A DNA stretch of 64,000 bases, from assembly GCA_046262875.1 (NCBI GenBank), contig JBHELX010000013.1, positions 17,973-81,972 of the forward strand. The letters run 5' to 3'. A program made the translations under genes and the position numbers. The notes beneath the pieces are model-generated. The model was not told the origin of the DNA, did not search any database, and was given only the letters and a program-made list of their open reading frames with translations. This document shows positions 55,371 to 64,000 of the stretch, piece after piece (position 1 is the stretch's first letter; each line of letters starts with the position of its first letter). Source of the stretch: Gemmatimonadaceae bacterium. Its GTDB lineage: Bacteria; Gemmatimonadota; Gemmatimonadetes; Gemmatimonadales; Gemmatimonadaceae.

Positions 55371-56234
55371 ATGGCATGGTTCCGTAAGGAGAAGAAGCCC
55401 CGGCAGCCGCGACGCGAGAAGCACGAAATCCCGCCGGACGCATGGGAGAAATGCGAAAAATGCGGGCACACCGACATCCGCGAGAAGTTTGTGCGGAATC
55501 TCAACGTGTGCCCCAACTGCGACCACCACCGCCGGATTCGCGCGAGCGAATATGTAACCATCCTTCTCGACGAAGGCACAGCCGAAGAAACCGAAACAGA
55601 GATTCGCTCAACCGATCCACTTGGATTTCCCGAATACCCGCAACGCCTCGATAAGGCGATCGGCAAATCCGGTGACGGCGACGCAATACTCACCTTCACC
55701 GGTCAATTGCTAGAGCTCCCCGTGTGCCTCGGGGTGATGGACTTCGCCTTTATGGGGGGGTCCATGGGCTCAGTCGTCGGCGAAAAAATCGCCCGACTCG
55801 GACAGAAGGCCATCGAACGCAAATATTCATTGATTCTCGTGTCTGCTTCGGGTGGTGCGCGCATGCAGGAAGGCGTGCTCAGCCTAATGCAGATGGCAAA
55901 AGCGGCAGCGATTCTTTCGCAGCTTGCCGAGCGTCGCATACCATATGTATCGATCCTCACCAATCCGACGACTGGCGGCGTGAGCGCAAGCTACGCAATG
56001 CTTGGTGACGCGATTCTTGCAGAACCCGGAGCAGTCATCGGATTTGCCGGTCCGCGCGTGATCAAGCAGACGATCGGTCAGGATCTCCCGGATGGATTTC
56101 AAACCTCCGAGTTTCTCCTCGAGCACGGAATGGTGGACGCTGTCGTTCCACGCAAGGAACTGAAGAACACCGTAGGCCAACTTCTGCGTCATATGAGCGG
56201 CAAGCCTGCCGCAACGGGCTGGACAGCGGCCTGA
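55371..56234 (+). CDS. accD: Acetyl-CoA carboxylase carboxyltransferase beta subunit
   Basis: WEKCEKC...CPNC zinc finger, FMGGSMG, SGGARMQEG, PTTGGVSAS. Confidence 0.97.
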   Translation: MAWFRKEKKPRQPRREKHEIPPDAWEKCEKCGHTDIREKFVRNLNVCPNCDHHRRIRASEYVTILLDEGTAEETETEIRSTDPLGFPEYPQRLDKAIGKSGDGDAILTFTGQLLELPVCLGVMDFAFMGGSMGSVVGEKIARLGQKAIERKYSLILVSASGGARMQEGVLSLMQMAKAAAILSQLAERRIPYVSILTNPTTGGVSASYAMLGDAILAEPGAVIGFAGPRVIKQTIGQDLPDGFQTSEFLLEHGMVDAVVPRKELKNTVGQLLRHMSGKPAATGWTAA

Positions 56235-57493
56235 CCGGTTACAAGAGCGCGCTCGATCGCCTCTTCGCGCGCACCGGTAGCACCTCGAAGTTTGGACTGG
56301 AACGCACTCGGGCCCTCCTCGAAATTCTCGGCAATCCACACGAGAAGATTCCACTGTTTCATGTGGCCGGCACAAACGGAAAGGGAAGTGTCGTCGCGAC
56401 GGCTGACGCGCTGCTGCGCGCAAAAGGTCTTCGCGTTGGACGATTCACCTCTCCACATCTCGTCGATTTTCGAGAGCGCATCGCAATCAATGATACTAAG
56501 ATCGGCGAAGCCGAAGTCGACGCTTTCCTGCAACGATGGGAAAGCAACACCGAGCAAGTCGGCGCGACATTTTTCGAGATCACGACGGCACTGGCACTCG
56601 ATCATTTCGCACAACATGACGTTGACGTCGCCGTCATCGAAACGGGGCTTGGCGGGCGTCTGGATTCGACGAACGTTATCACACCACTAGCTGCGGCAGT
56701 GACCTCTATTGGAATCGACCACACCGAGTATCTCGGAAACACTATCGTAGAGATTGCACGCGAAAAAGGTGGAATCTTCAAGCGAGGAATTCCGGCGATT
56801 TACGGTTCAGTCTCACCCGAAGCGCGGGTGACTCTGACCGAGGCGGCTGGCGTGGCCGGATCGAAGCCAGTGATTTCCGTCGAAGATGAATATCGCCCCG
56901 CGAACATTCGCGTTGCCGGCGACGGAACGGTTTTCGATATCGAGCATGATGGCGAGTCGGCCACACTGCGAACTGGATTGATCGGTCACCCTCAGGCGAT
57001 GAATGCGTGCGTCGCGCTGGCGATGCTCGAGGCAGCTGGTGAACGGTACAACGTGAGCATTCCTGACGCTCAAAAGATCCTTCCATCGGTATCACTGCCC
57101 GGACGATTTCAGCGGATGGGGAAATTTGTGCTCGACGTTGCTCACAATCCCGATGGAATCCGATCGCTCGTCGAGACCATGCAGCTTGTCTCTCTTTCAC
57201 GACCATTGGCCGCTGTCCTCGGCGTTCTTCGAGACAAGGATTGGCGCGAGATGATGAGAATTATTTGCCCGTTCGTCGATCGCACGATTCTCACATTGCC
57301 GCCGAGCGCCCCGGCATCTCGTGCGTGGGATCCGTCGGATGCATTGCATTTCGCAGAGGAGAACGGTTGGAATGCGGGAGTTATCGGCGACATCGGGGAA
57401 GCACTACGCGAGGCAGAACAAAACTTTGCGACGGTCATCGTTACGGGATCATTTCACACTGTCGGAGACAGCCTCATGGCGATCGAGCGATAG
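56231..57493 (+). CDS. folC: Folylpolyglutamate/dihydrofolate synthase (probable CTG start)
   Basis: HVAGTNGKGS, FTSPHL, ETGLGGRLDSTN, DVAHN, GSFH. The frame extends 44 codons upstream of the track's GTG with FolC-like text (KFGLERTRALLEILGNPH). Confidence 0.9.
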   Translation: MTGYKSALDRLFARTGSTSKFGLERTRALLEILGNPHEKIPLFHVAGTNGKGSVVATADALLRAKGLRVGRFTSPHLVDFRERIAINDTKIGEAEVDAFLQRWESNTEQVGATFFEITTALALDHFAQHDVDVAVIETGLGGRLDSTNVITPLAAAVTSIGIDHTEYLGNTIVEIAREKGGIFKRGIPAIYGSVSPEARVTLTEAAGVAGSKPVISVEDEYRPANIRVAGDGTVFDIEHDGESATLRTGLIGHPQAMNACVALAMLEAAGERYNVSIPDAQKILPSVSLPGRFQRMGKFVLDVAHNPDGIRSLVETMQLVSLSRPLAAVLGVLRDKDWREMMRIICPFVDRTILTLPPSAPASRAWDPSDALHFAEENGWNAGVIGDIGEALREAEQNFATVIVTGSFHTVGDSLMAIER

Positions 57494-57648
57494 AGCGACA
57501 AAGAGATTGAGCGGTTGAGCGATAGAGCGGTTGAGCGAGAGCGGTTGAGCGATTTAGCGGTGACCGAACGATCACCTTACCGCACCATCGCTCAATCTCT
57601 CTATCGCTCAATCGCTCAATCTCTTTGTCGCTCTATCGCTCTATCGCT
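57485..57648. repeat. Octamer (GAGCGATA/GAGCGGTT) palindrome with 43-bp arms
   Basis: 57485-57527 vs reverse complement of 57599-57641: 42/43; contains the folC stop. Confidence 0.9.
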
Positions 57649-57667
57649 TACTTAGTAGTTTTCGCGG

Positions 57668-58951
57668 ATGGCACAAGGCGCACTGCCGGGCTTTCGAGAC
57701 TTTTATCCCGACGAGCTCGCCCGACGCGCGTACATCCTCGGCGTCTGGCGAGACGTTCTTCGGCGCTACGCATTCGTTGAATACGACGGACCACCACTCG
57801 AGCCGCTCGACCTCTACCGGAAAAAAAGCGGGGGTGAATTAGTCGGCCAGATCTATTCGTTCAAGGACAGAGGCGAGCGCGAAGTCGCACTGCGTCCTGA
57901 AATGACTCCGACATTTGCGAGAATGGTTGCAGCTCGCGCGAATTCTTTGCGTAAGCCGGTTCGATGGTTTTCCGTTCCGCAGCTGTTTCGTCAGGAAAAA
58001 CAGCAGCGGGGAAGGCTCCGCGAGCATTTTCAATTGAATGCGGACATCGTCGGCGAAGAAAGTGTAGCGGCAGATGCGGAGCTTCTCGCAGTCGCGCTCG
58101 ATGTTATGCGCTCGTTCGGACTCGCTCATACCGACGTCGTCGCGCGAGTTTCCGACCGGCGGCTTCTTGAAGCGCTTCTCGTCGGAGCCGGCGTCAGCAA
58201 TTCCGATGTGGAAGCGCTTTATCCGATCGTCGACAAGCGCGGACGAGAGCCCGCTGCCACCACGCGAGAAAAACTGGAAGCAGCTGTCGGCCGCGAGGAA
58301 ATTGCGGATCGCGTTGAGGAGATTCTCTCATGCCGGGATGTCGCGTCGCTAGTCGAGCGGTACGCTGACGTCGGAAGTGCAGCGCCGCACATCGAGCGAA
58401 TGCGACAGTATCTCACGTATGTGGAAGCGCTCGGATTCAGTGATTGGGTGCAGCTCGACCTTTCTATCGTCCGCGGCCTCGCATACTATACCGGTATAGT
58501 GTTCGAGCTATTCGACACACGCGGAGAGCTTCGCGCAATTTGCGGCGGCGGTCGTTACGACACGCTTCTCGCGACGCTGGGAGGAGTCGATCTCCCCGCC
58601 CTCGGATTCGGAATGGGCGACGTTGTGCTCGGCGAGCTGTTGAAAGACAGGAATCTGATTCCGCCGCCGGAAATTCGTACCGATTTCTGGGTTGCCTTCG
58701 ACGATGACTCTTTGCTCGAGGAAGCAATGCGTGTTGCCGCGGAGCTCAGGAGTCGAAATCGAAGCGTAGAGTATGCCCTTCGCCCGCAGCAGCTGAGCAG
58801 GCAGCTCAAGACGGCGGCCACCATCGGCGCCAGAAATGCCGTCTTGCTGAAGCGCGACCGATTCGGCGCGCGCGAAGTAACGGTGAAAGATCTCGACTCT
58901 GGTACTGAGCGTGCGGTGCCGCTGGATGAGTTCCTCAATACACTGAATTGA
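57668..58951 (+). CDS. hisS: Histidine--tRNA ligase
   Basis: PGFRDFYP, ALRPEMT, GRLREHFQ, VRGLAYYTG, GGRYD. Confidence 0.96.
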   Translation: MAQGALPGFRDFYPDELARRAYILGVWRDVLRRYAFVEYDGPPLEPLDLYRKKSGGELVGQIYSFKDRGEREVALRPEMTPTFARMVAARANSLRKPVRWFSVPQLFRQEKQQRGRLREHFQLNADIVGEESVAADAELLAVALDVMRSFGLAHTDVVARVSDRRLLEALLVGAGVSNSDVEALYPIVDKRGREPAATTREKLEAAVGREEIADRVEEILSCRDVASLVERYADVGSAAPHIERMRQYLTYVEALGFSDWVQLDLSIVRGLAYYTGIVFELFDTRGELRAICGGGRYDTLLATLGGVDLPALGFGMGDVVLGELLKDRNLIPPPEIRTDFWVAFDDDSLLEEAMRVAAELRSRNRSVEYALRPQQLSRQLKTAATIGARNAVLLKRDRFGAREVTVKDLDSGTERAVPLDEFLNTLN

Positions 58952-58957
58952 CAGGAA

Positions 58958-60427
58958 ATGGCTGACGACAAGAAACTGACCACACGCGCTGCTGACTTCA
59001 GCGCGTGGTACAACGAAACGGTCTTGCGAGCAGAGCTCGCCGACTATTCGCCGGTTCGCGGCTGCATGGTGATTCGTCCGCGTGGTTACGGTATCTGGGA
59101 GCGAATGCAGCGCCAGCTGGACTTCATGTTCAAGGATACGGGACACGAGAACGCGTACTTCCCGATGCTGATTCCCGAATCCTTCATGCACAAAGAGGCC
59201 GAGCATGTCGAAGGCTTTTCTCCCGAGCTCGCCGTTGTGACTTACGGTGGGGGAAAAAAACTCGAGGAGCCGCTCGTCATCCGTCCAACATCCGAGACGA
59301 TCATCTACTCGATGTTTGCAAAGTGGGTGCAGAGCTATCGCGACTTGCCGATTCTCATCAACCAGTGGGCGAATGTCGTGCGATGGGAAATGCGCACGCG
59401 ATTATTTCTCCGCACGCTCGAGTTTTTGTGGCAGGAGGGTCACACCGCTCACGTGAGCGAAGCAGAGGCGGAAGAAGAAGCGCGCAAAATGCTCGGCGTC
59501 TATCGCGACTTCATGGAGGGTTGGATGGCGATGCCGGTAGTTACCGGCATCAAGACCGATTCCGAAAGATTTGCCGGCGCACTGCGCACGTGGGCGTGCG
59601 AAGCGATGATGCAGGACAACAAGGCGCTGCAGGCTGGAACAACGCACAATCTCGGTCAGAACTTTTCCAAGGCGTTCGATTTGAAGTTCCAGACGGAGAC
59701 GGGTGGAATGGATTACGCCTGGAACACGAGCTGGGGAGTTTCGACGCGACTTGTAGGTGGATTGGTGATGACTCACGGCGATGACTTTGGCTTGCGAACG
59801 CCACCGTTCCTCGCTCCTGTCGAGCTCGTCATCGTTCCGATCTGGCGCACCGACGAAGACAAGACGCGTGTTCTCGAGGCTGCTCGGGCGATTCGCGATA
59901 CGCTTTCCGGATGGGAGCGGCGCAAGACCGGCAAGCTTCGCGTACAACTCGATGACCGAGATGGGATGAAGCCTGGCGCGAAATACTATGAGTGGGAGCT
60001 GCGAGGCATTCCGCTGCGACTCGAATTCGGTCCACGGGATCTCGATCAGAATCAGTGCGTTCTCGTAAGGCGGGACAACAGAGTGAAGCGCACGGTCACG
60101 CTCGATTCGATTGGCGAAGATGTTGCCGACTTGCTGAGCATGATCCAAACCGATATGCGCGTCGAAGCTTTCGAGCGGCGCGAGGCAAACAGCATTCGCG
60201 GTGGAATCACGTACGACAAATTCCGTGAAGTGATGGACGGCAACGGTGCGTTCGTTTACGCGGGATTCTGCGGAAGCGGACAATGCGAAGCCGAGATCAA
60301 GGAAGAGACGAAGGCGACAATTCGAGTACTGCCCGACGAAGAGTTCCGATCCGCTGAAGCGCCGGAGCGTTGTCTGAAGTGCGGCCGCCCCGCGACGGCA
60401 GAAGCCTTATGGGCGAAGGCCTACTGA
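58958..60427 (+). CDS. proS: Proline--tRNA ligase (archaeal/eukaryote-like type)
   Basis: RPTSETII, QWANVVRWE, EFLWQEGH, QAGTTHNLGQNF, C-terminal Cys pairs and AKAY. Confidence 0.96.
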   Translation: MADDKKLTTRAADFSAWYNETVLRAELADYSPVRGCMVIRPRGYGIWERMQRQLDFMFKDTGHENAYFPMLIPESFMHKEAEHVEGFSPELAVVTYGGGKKLEEPLVIRPTSETIIYSMFAKWVQSYRDLPILINQWANVVRWEMRTRLFLRTLEFLWQEGHTAHVSEAEAEEEARKMLGVYRDFMEGWMAMPVVTGIKTDSERFAGALRTWACEAMMQDNKALQAGTTHNLGQNFSKAFDLKFQTETGGMDYAWNTSWGVSTRLVGGLVMTHGDDFGLRTPPFLAPVELVIVPIWRTDEDKTRVLEAARAIRDTLSGWERRKTGKLRVQLDDRDGMKPGAKYYEWELRGIPLRLEFGPRDLDQNQCVLVRRDNRVKRTVTLDSIGEDVADLLSMIQTDMRVEAFERREANSIRGGITYDKFREVMDGNGAFVYAGFCGSGQCEAEIKEETKATIRVLPDEEFRSAEAPERCLKCGRPATAEALWAKAY

Positions 60428-61749
60428 CCTTGGCCACTAAATCACCCGCTAAGGGAATTCGCGCAATAGTCGAACCTCCCGCGAAATCGGGTTTTTTCCG
60501 GCAAGGAAAATCGCTGGTCGCCGATGGAGTGTCTCTCGAAAAGATCGCGAGTGCGGTGGGTACGCCGGTATACGTCTACAGTGCACCGGCTATTCGCACG
60601 CAGTATGAGCGACTTACCGGTGCGCTCGATGGAGTTCCGCACCGTTTGCACTATAGCGTCAAAGCGAATTCGAATCTCGCGATACTCGGAGTTTTGCGTC
60701 GATTGCGCGCCGGCGTGGACATTGTCTCCGGCGGCGAGCTTTATCGAGCCGAGTCTGCTGGATTCAAAGGGAAGGACATTGTGTTCAGCGGTGTCGGCAA
60801 GACGCGGCGGGAGCTCGAGGAAGCGCTGAAAGTCGGTGTTCTCCTGATCAACGTCGAATCTGAAGAAGAGCTCGAGCTGCTCGACGAGATCGCCGGCGAA
60901 ATGAGCGTTGTTGCACCGGTCGCGTTACGCGTCAATCCTGAAGTGATGGTGGACACGCCACATCCGTACACGCGCACAGGTGTGAAGGGAATGAAGTTTG
61001 GGATTCCGTTCGATGAAACACTTCCGGTCGCAAAGGCCGCGATGCAGATGCGGCACATTCGCCTGATTGGTCTTGACATGCATGTCGGGTCGCAGATCTC
61101 GGAATTCGAGCCGTACGAAATTGGACTTGGACGCTTGCTGCAGCTCACGTCGGAAATCCGCGCCGCCGGCGCGACTGGACTCGAGTATCTCGACATCGGT
61201 GGAGGGCTCGCCGTCACCTACGACGCAGAGCATCCAATCGACGTCGAAGGATTCGGCGTCGCAGTGAAGAAACTCGTGAAGCCGACAGGGCTGAAGCTGA
61301 TTCTCGAGCCGGGTCGTTTTCTCGTTGGCAATGCGGGAGTCCTTCTGACGCGCGTGTTGTACAGAAAACGCAGCGGCGGAAAGGAATTCATAATCATCGA
61401 CGCCGGAATGAACGATTTGCTTCGTCCTTCTCACTACAACGCGTACCACAAGATCGAAGCTGTCACCCCTCGCGGCGGAAAAGTCACAGCGGATGTAGTG
61501 GGCCCAATCTGTGAAAGCGGCGACTTCTTCGGATTGCATCGCGAAGTCGACGACGTCGAGCCCGGCGATCTCGTCGTCGTGCGGTCTTCCGGCGCGTACG
61601 GCTTTGCGATGGCGTCGAACTATAATTCGCGCGCACGCGCCGCCGAGGTTCTAGTAGATCGCGGACGGTTCGGAGTAATCACCGAGCGTGAGGACTATCC
61701 CGACCTGGTGAGGAAAGAGAGACTCGAGCCAGCATGGAGGTCGGGCTGA
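60409..61749 (+). CDS. lysA: Diaminopimelate decarboxylase
   Basis: YSVKANSN (PLP Lys), [28 protein letters not shown]. Start uncertain. Confidence 0.93.
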   Translation: MGEGLLTLATKSPAKGIRAIVEPPAKSGFFRQGKSLVADGVSLEKIASAVGTPVYVYSAPAIRTQYERLTGALDGVPHRLHYSVKANSNLAILGVLRRLRAGVDIVSGGELYRAESAGFKGKDIVFSGVGKTRRELEEALKVGVLLINVESEEELELLDEIAGEMSVVAPVALRVNPEVMVDTPHPYTRTGVKGMKFGIPFDETLPVAKAAMQMRHIRLIGLDMHVGSQISEFEPYEIGLGRLLQLTSEIRAAGATGLEYLDIGGGLAVTYDAEHPIDVEGFGVAVKKLVKPTGLKLILEPGRFLVGNAGVLLTRVLYRKRSGGKEFIIIDAGMNDLLRPSHYNAYHKIEAVTPRGGKVTADVVGPICESGDFFGLHREVDDVEPGDLVVVRSSGAYGFAMASNYNSRARAAEVLVDRGRFGVITEREDYPDLVRKERLEPAWRSG

Positions 61750-62237
61750 TGATCGTTGGATTAATCTCCGACACCCACGATCGTCTACCCGCGATTCGGG
61801 ATTTTGTGAAGTTGTTCGCGGAGCGCGGCGCCCCTCTCGTAATGCACGCCGGGGATTATTGTGCGCCTTTCTCGCTCGATCCTTTCATCGAAGCAAATCT
61901 TCCCGTACTCGGAATCTTCGGCAGAAACGATGGAGATCCCGAGGGCATCAAAGCGCGCGCGGCATCTGGAATGGGAACGGAGCTCTACGAATCACCTCAC
62001 AGCTTCGATGTGAGCGGACAGCGAATCCTTCTCGTTCACGATTTGGGCGAAGTGAACAAGCGATCCATCGATTCGCACGACATCGTCGTTCATGGGCTGA
62101 CGCATCGCGAGGAAGTCGTGCGGCGCGGGAAAACTTTACTGGTGAACCCGGGCGAAGCATGTGGTTGGCTCACCGGACGCTGCACTGCGGCCTTGCTCGA
62201 TCTCGACACGCGCGAAGTCGAGATACTCACGCTGTGA
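61749..62237 (+). CDS. Metallophosphoesterase, YfcE/MJ0936 family
   Basis: ISDTHD, HAGDY, GRND, HGLTH, NPGE; TGATG overlap at 61749. Confidence 0.85.
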   Translation: MIVGLISDTHDRLPAIRDFVKLFAERGAPLVMHAGDYCAPFSLDPFIEANLPVLGIFGRNDGDPEGIKARAASGMGTELYESPHSFDVSGQRILLVHDLGEVNKRSIDSHDIVVHGLTHREEVVRRGKTLLVNPGEACGWLTGRCTAALLDLDTREVEILTL

Positions 62238-63778
62238 GCAGCCGGATACTCATTCTCGATTACGGTGCACAGTACACTCAGCTGATTGCGCGCCGCGTCA
62301 GAGAGGCGCGTGTCTACTCGGAGATCCATCCACCAACACGCTCCGTCGAATGGATTCGCAACTGGAGTCCCACCGGAATAATTCTGAGTGGTGGCCCGAA
62401 TTCAGTTTATGGTGAGAACGCCCCCACCGCAGACCGCGCTCTCCTCGATGTCGCGCCGATACTCGGCATTTGTTACGGCATGCAGCTCATCGCGTGGATC
62501 GAGGGAGCGGAAGTAAAACGCGCCGGAAGGAGGGAGTACGGTAGAGCTGAAGTGACTGTCATCGAGTCGGACGGAATGTTCGCCGGGTTCAACGAGGGCG
62601 AAGACTTCTCCGCCTGGATGAGTCACGGCGATCATGTTGAATCGCCGCCTGCGGGATACATTCGCACTGCATCGAGCTCATCGAATCCTCTCGCGGCCTT
62701 CCGTCACGAATCGAAGCCGATATTCGGCGTTCAGTTTCATCCTGAGGTTGCGCACACACCGCGCGGCGGTGAGGTCATCGCGAATTTTGTCTTTGGCGCT
62801 TGCAAGGCCGAGGCGACCTGGACAGCTGGTGCATTCATCGATGACGAGATTGCAAAGGTGCGCGCGACAGTCGGTAATGGTCGGGTGATCTGCGGGCTTT
62901 CCGGTGGCGTTGACTCCTCCGTTGCAGCTGCGCTCGTTCATCGTGCGATTGGCGATCAACTGACGTGCATCTTCGTCGATACAGGATTGCTGCGCCTGCA
63001 TGAACGCGAACAAGTCGAGCGGACATTCCGTGAGTATATGGGAATGAAGCTCGTGACTGTCGATGCATCTGAACGTTTTCTAAAAGCACTGGCAGGAATC
63101 GAAGAGCCGGAAAAAAAGCGCACCGTCATCGGCCACACTTTTATTGACGTCTTTGAATCTGCAGCGGCCGAAGTTGGCGGCGATCATGGATTTCTGGTCC
63201 AGGGAACTCTCTATCCCGATGTAATCGAGTCGTCGTCGCCCACCGGTGGACCGTCAGTCACCATAAAGACTCATCACAATGTCGGCGGTCTCAAGCCGGG
63301 CATGAAATTCAAATTGATCGAGCCGTTTCGCGAGCTCTTCAAGGACGAGGTGCGAAACGTCGGCCGCGAGCTCGGTCTACCCGAAGAGATTGTGGGACGC
63401 CATCCATTTCCCGGACCAGGTCTCGCGATTCGTGTATTGAGCGATGTCTCGAAGCCGAAACTCGACATTCTCCGCGTCGCCGACGCGATTTATCTCGAAG
63501 AGATTCGATCCGCAGGGCTGTACGACAAAATCTGGCAGGCGTTCGCGGTTCTGCTTCCGGTGCGCAGCGTCGGCGTTATGGGTGACGAGCGGACTTACGA
63601 AAACGTTCTCGGACTTCGCGCAGTTACGAGCACCGATGGAATGACCGCCGACTGGTATCAGTTTCCGTATGATGTGCTCGCACGAATCTCGAGCAGGATC
63701 ATCAACGAGGTGACTGGAATCAACCGCGTCGTGTACGATGTTAGCTCGAAGCCACCAGCCACCATTGAGTGGGAGTAA
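62234..63778 (+). CDS. guaA: GMP synthase (glutamine-hydrolysing)
   Basis: GTG at 62234; [47 protein letters not shown]. Confidence 0.97.
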   Translation: MSSRILILDYGAQYTQLIARRVREARVYSEIHPPTRSVEWIRNWSPTGIILSGGPNSVYGENAPTADRALLDVAPILGICYGMQLIAWIEGAEVKRAGRREYGRAEVTVIESDGMFAGFNEGEDFSAWMSHGDHVESPPAGYIRTASSSSNPLAAFRHESKPIFGVQFHPEVAHTPRGGEVIANFVFGACKAEATWTAGAFIDDEIAKVRATVGNGRVICGLSGGVDSSVAAALVHRAIGDQLTCIFVDTGLLRLHEREQVERTFREYMGMKLVTVDASERFLKALAGIEEPEKKRTVIGHTFIDVFESAAAEVGGDHGFLVQGTLYPDVIESSSPTGGPSVTIKTHHNVGGLKPGMKFKLIEPFRELFKDEVRNVGRELGLPEEIVGRHPFPGPGLAIRVLSDVSKPKLDILRVADAIYLEEIRSAGLYDKIWQAFAVLLPVRSVGVMGDERTYENVLGLRAVTSTDGMTADWYQFPYDVLARISSRIINEVTGINRVVYDVSSKPPATIEWE

Positions 63779-63779
63779 C

Positions 63780-63896
63780 CACCGCGGACCGCGGACTGCG
63801 GAAGAACCGCGGACAGCGGAAAACCGAAGAGGCGCGAGTTCGCGGTATTCCGTAGCCCGCGTTCCGCGGTAATACCGCGGCCCGCCGTCCGCGGTG
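63780..63896. repeat. CACCGCGG-family palindrome between guaA and the convergent gene
   Basis: Same termini as 55100-55324 (caccgcggac...gtccgcggtg) and a shared gaagaaccgcgga core. Confidence 0.85.
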
Positions 63897-63900
63897 TTTC

Positions 63901-64000
63901 TTAGAGCGCCTTCTCTTCCAGCAGCGCCATAAACTCGGCTGGCTCTTTCAAACCGAAAAGTCTTTCCGGCACGTCAGGTTCTTTGCTGAACTGGGCGATC
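63901..64000 (-). CDS. 3' end of a convergent gene, possibly PTS IIA (nitrogen/fructose-type) family
   Basis: Open frame IAQFSKEPDVPERLFGLKEPAEFMALLEEKAL*; only 32 codons visible, so the family call is tentative. Confidence 0.35.
   Translation of the reverse strand, partial: IAQFSKEPDVPERLFGLKEPAEFMALLEEKAL

Noticed and set aside
54903-55699. ORFs crossing the rodA-accD repeat (e.g. 54903-55529, 54995-55699, 55081-55443)
   Set aside because: They are open only because the GC-rich repeat lacks stops, and they overlap rodA/accD.
60428-60500. Lysine riboswitch upstream of lysA
   Set aside because: There is no intergenic space (lysA overlaps proS) and no L-box structural elements.

Overview
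64 kb of gene-dense (~60% GC) core bacterial chromosome. Protein sequences and gene order look like Gemmatimonadota, inferred by eye without a database search. Left end, minus strand: rfaE1 - DUF2279-like - Wzi-like - tRNA-Ile2 - tRNA-Val - a large SLBB/Wza-type export protein running off the window (absent from the ORF track). The rest is almost all plus strand: mlaEFD, asparaginase II, CMD protein, obgE, dprA, hemW-hrcA-dnaJ-prmA-rsmE-HIT-rpsU-yqeY, mutS2, dnaG, Zn-ribbon protein, recJ, rsmD, coaD, pta, an RsbV/W/U-type partner switch, rsmA, rex (minus), arcA-exonuclease-MBL hydrolase, infC-rpmI-rplT-pheS-pheT-zapB-like-zapA-rny-folD-xseA, rpsO-pnp-M16-ald-mreBCD-mrdA-rodA, accD-folC, hisS-proS-lysA-yfcE-like-guaA. 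I see no transposase, integrase, prophage, CRISPR array or defence system. The strongest unexplained signal is non-coding: about ten intergenic elements built from 7-8 nt tandem repeats, mostly arranged as long inverted repeats. They fall into about five sequence families, nearly all abut or supply a stop codon, and they bracket tRNA-Ile2 and possibly dprA. Other notable items: a perfect Rex operator between divergent rex and an orphan arginine deiminase, an L20-leader-like attenuator before ATT-initiated infC, a probable CTG start for folC, and a Pta with an internal ~30 aa deletion.
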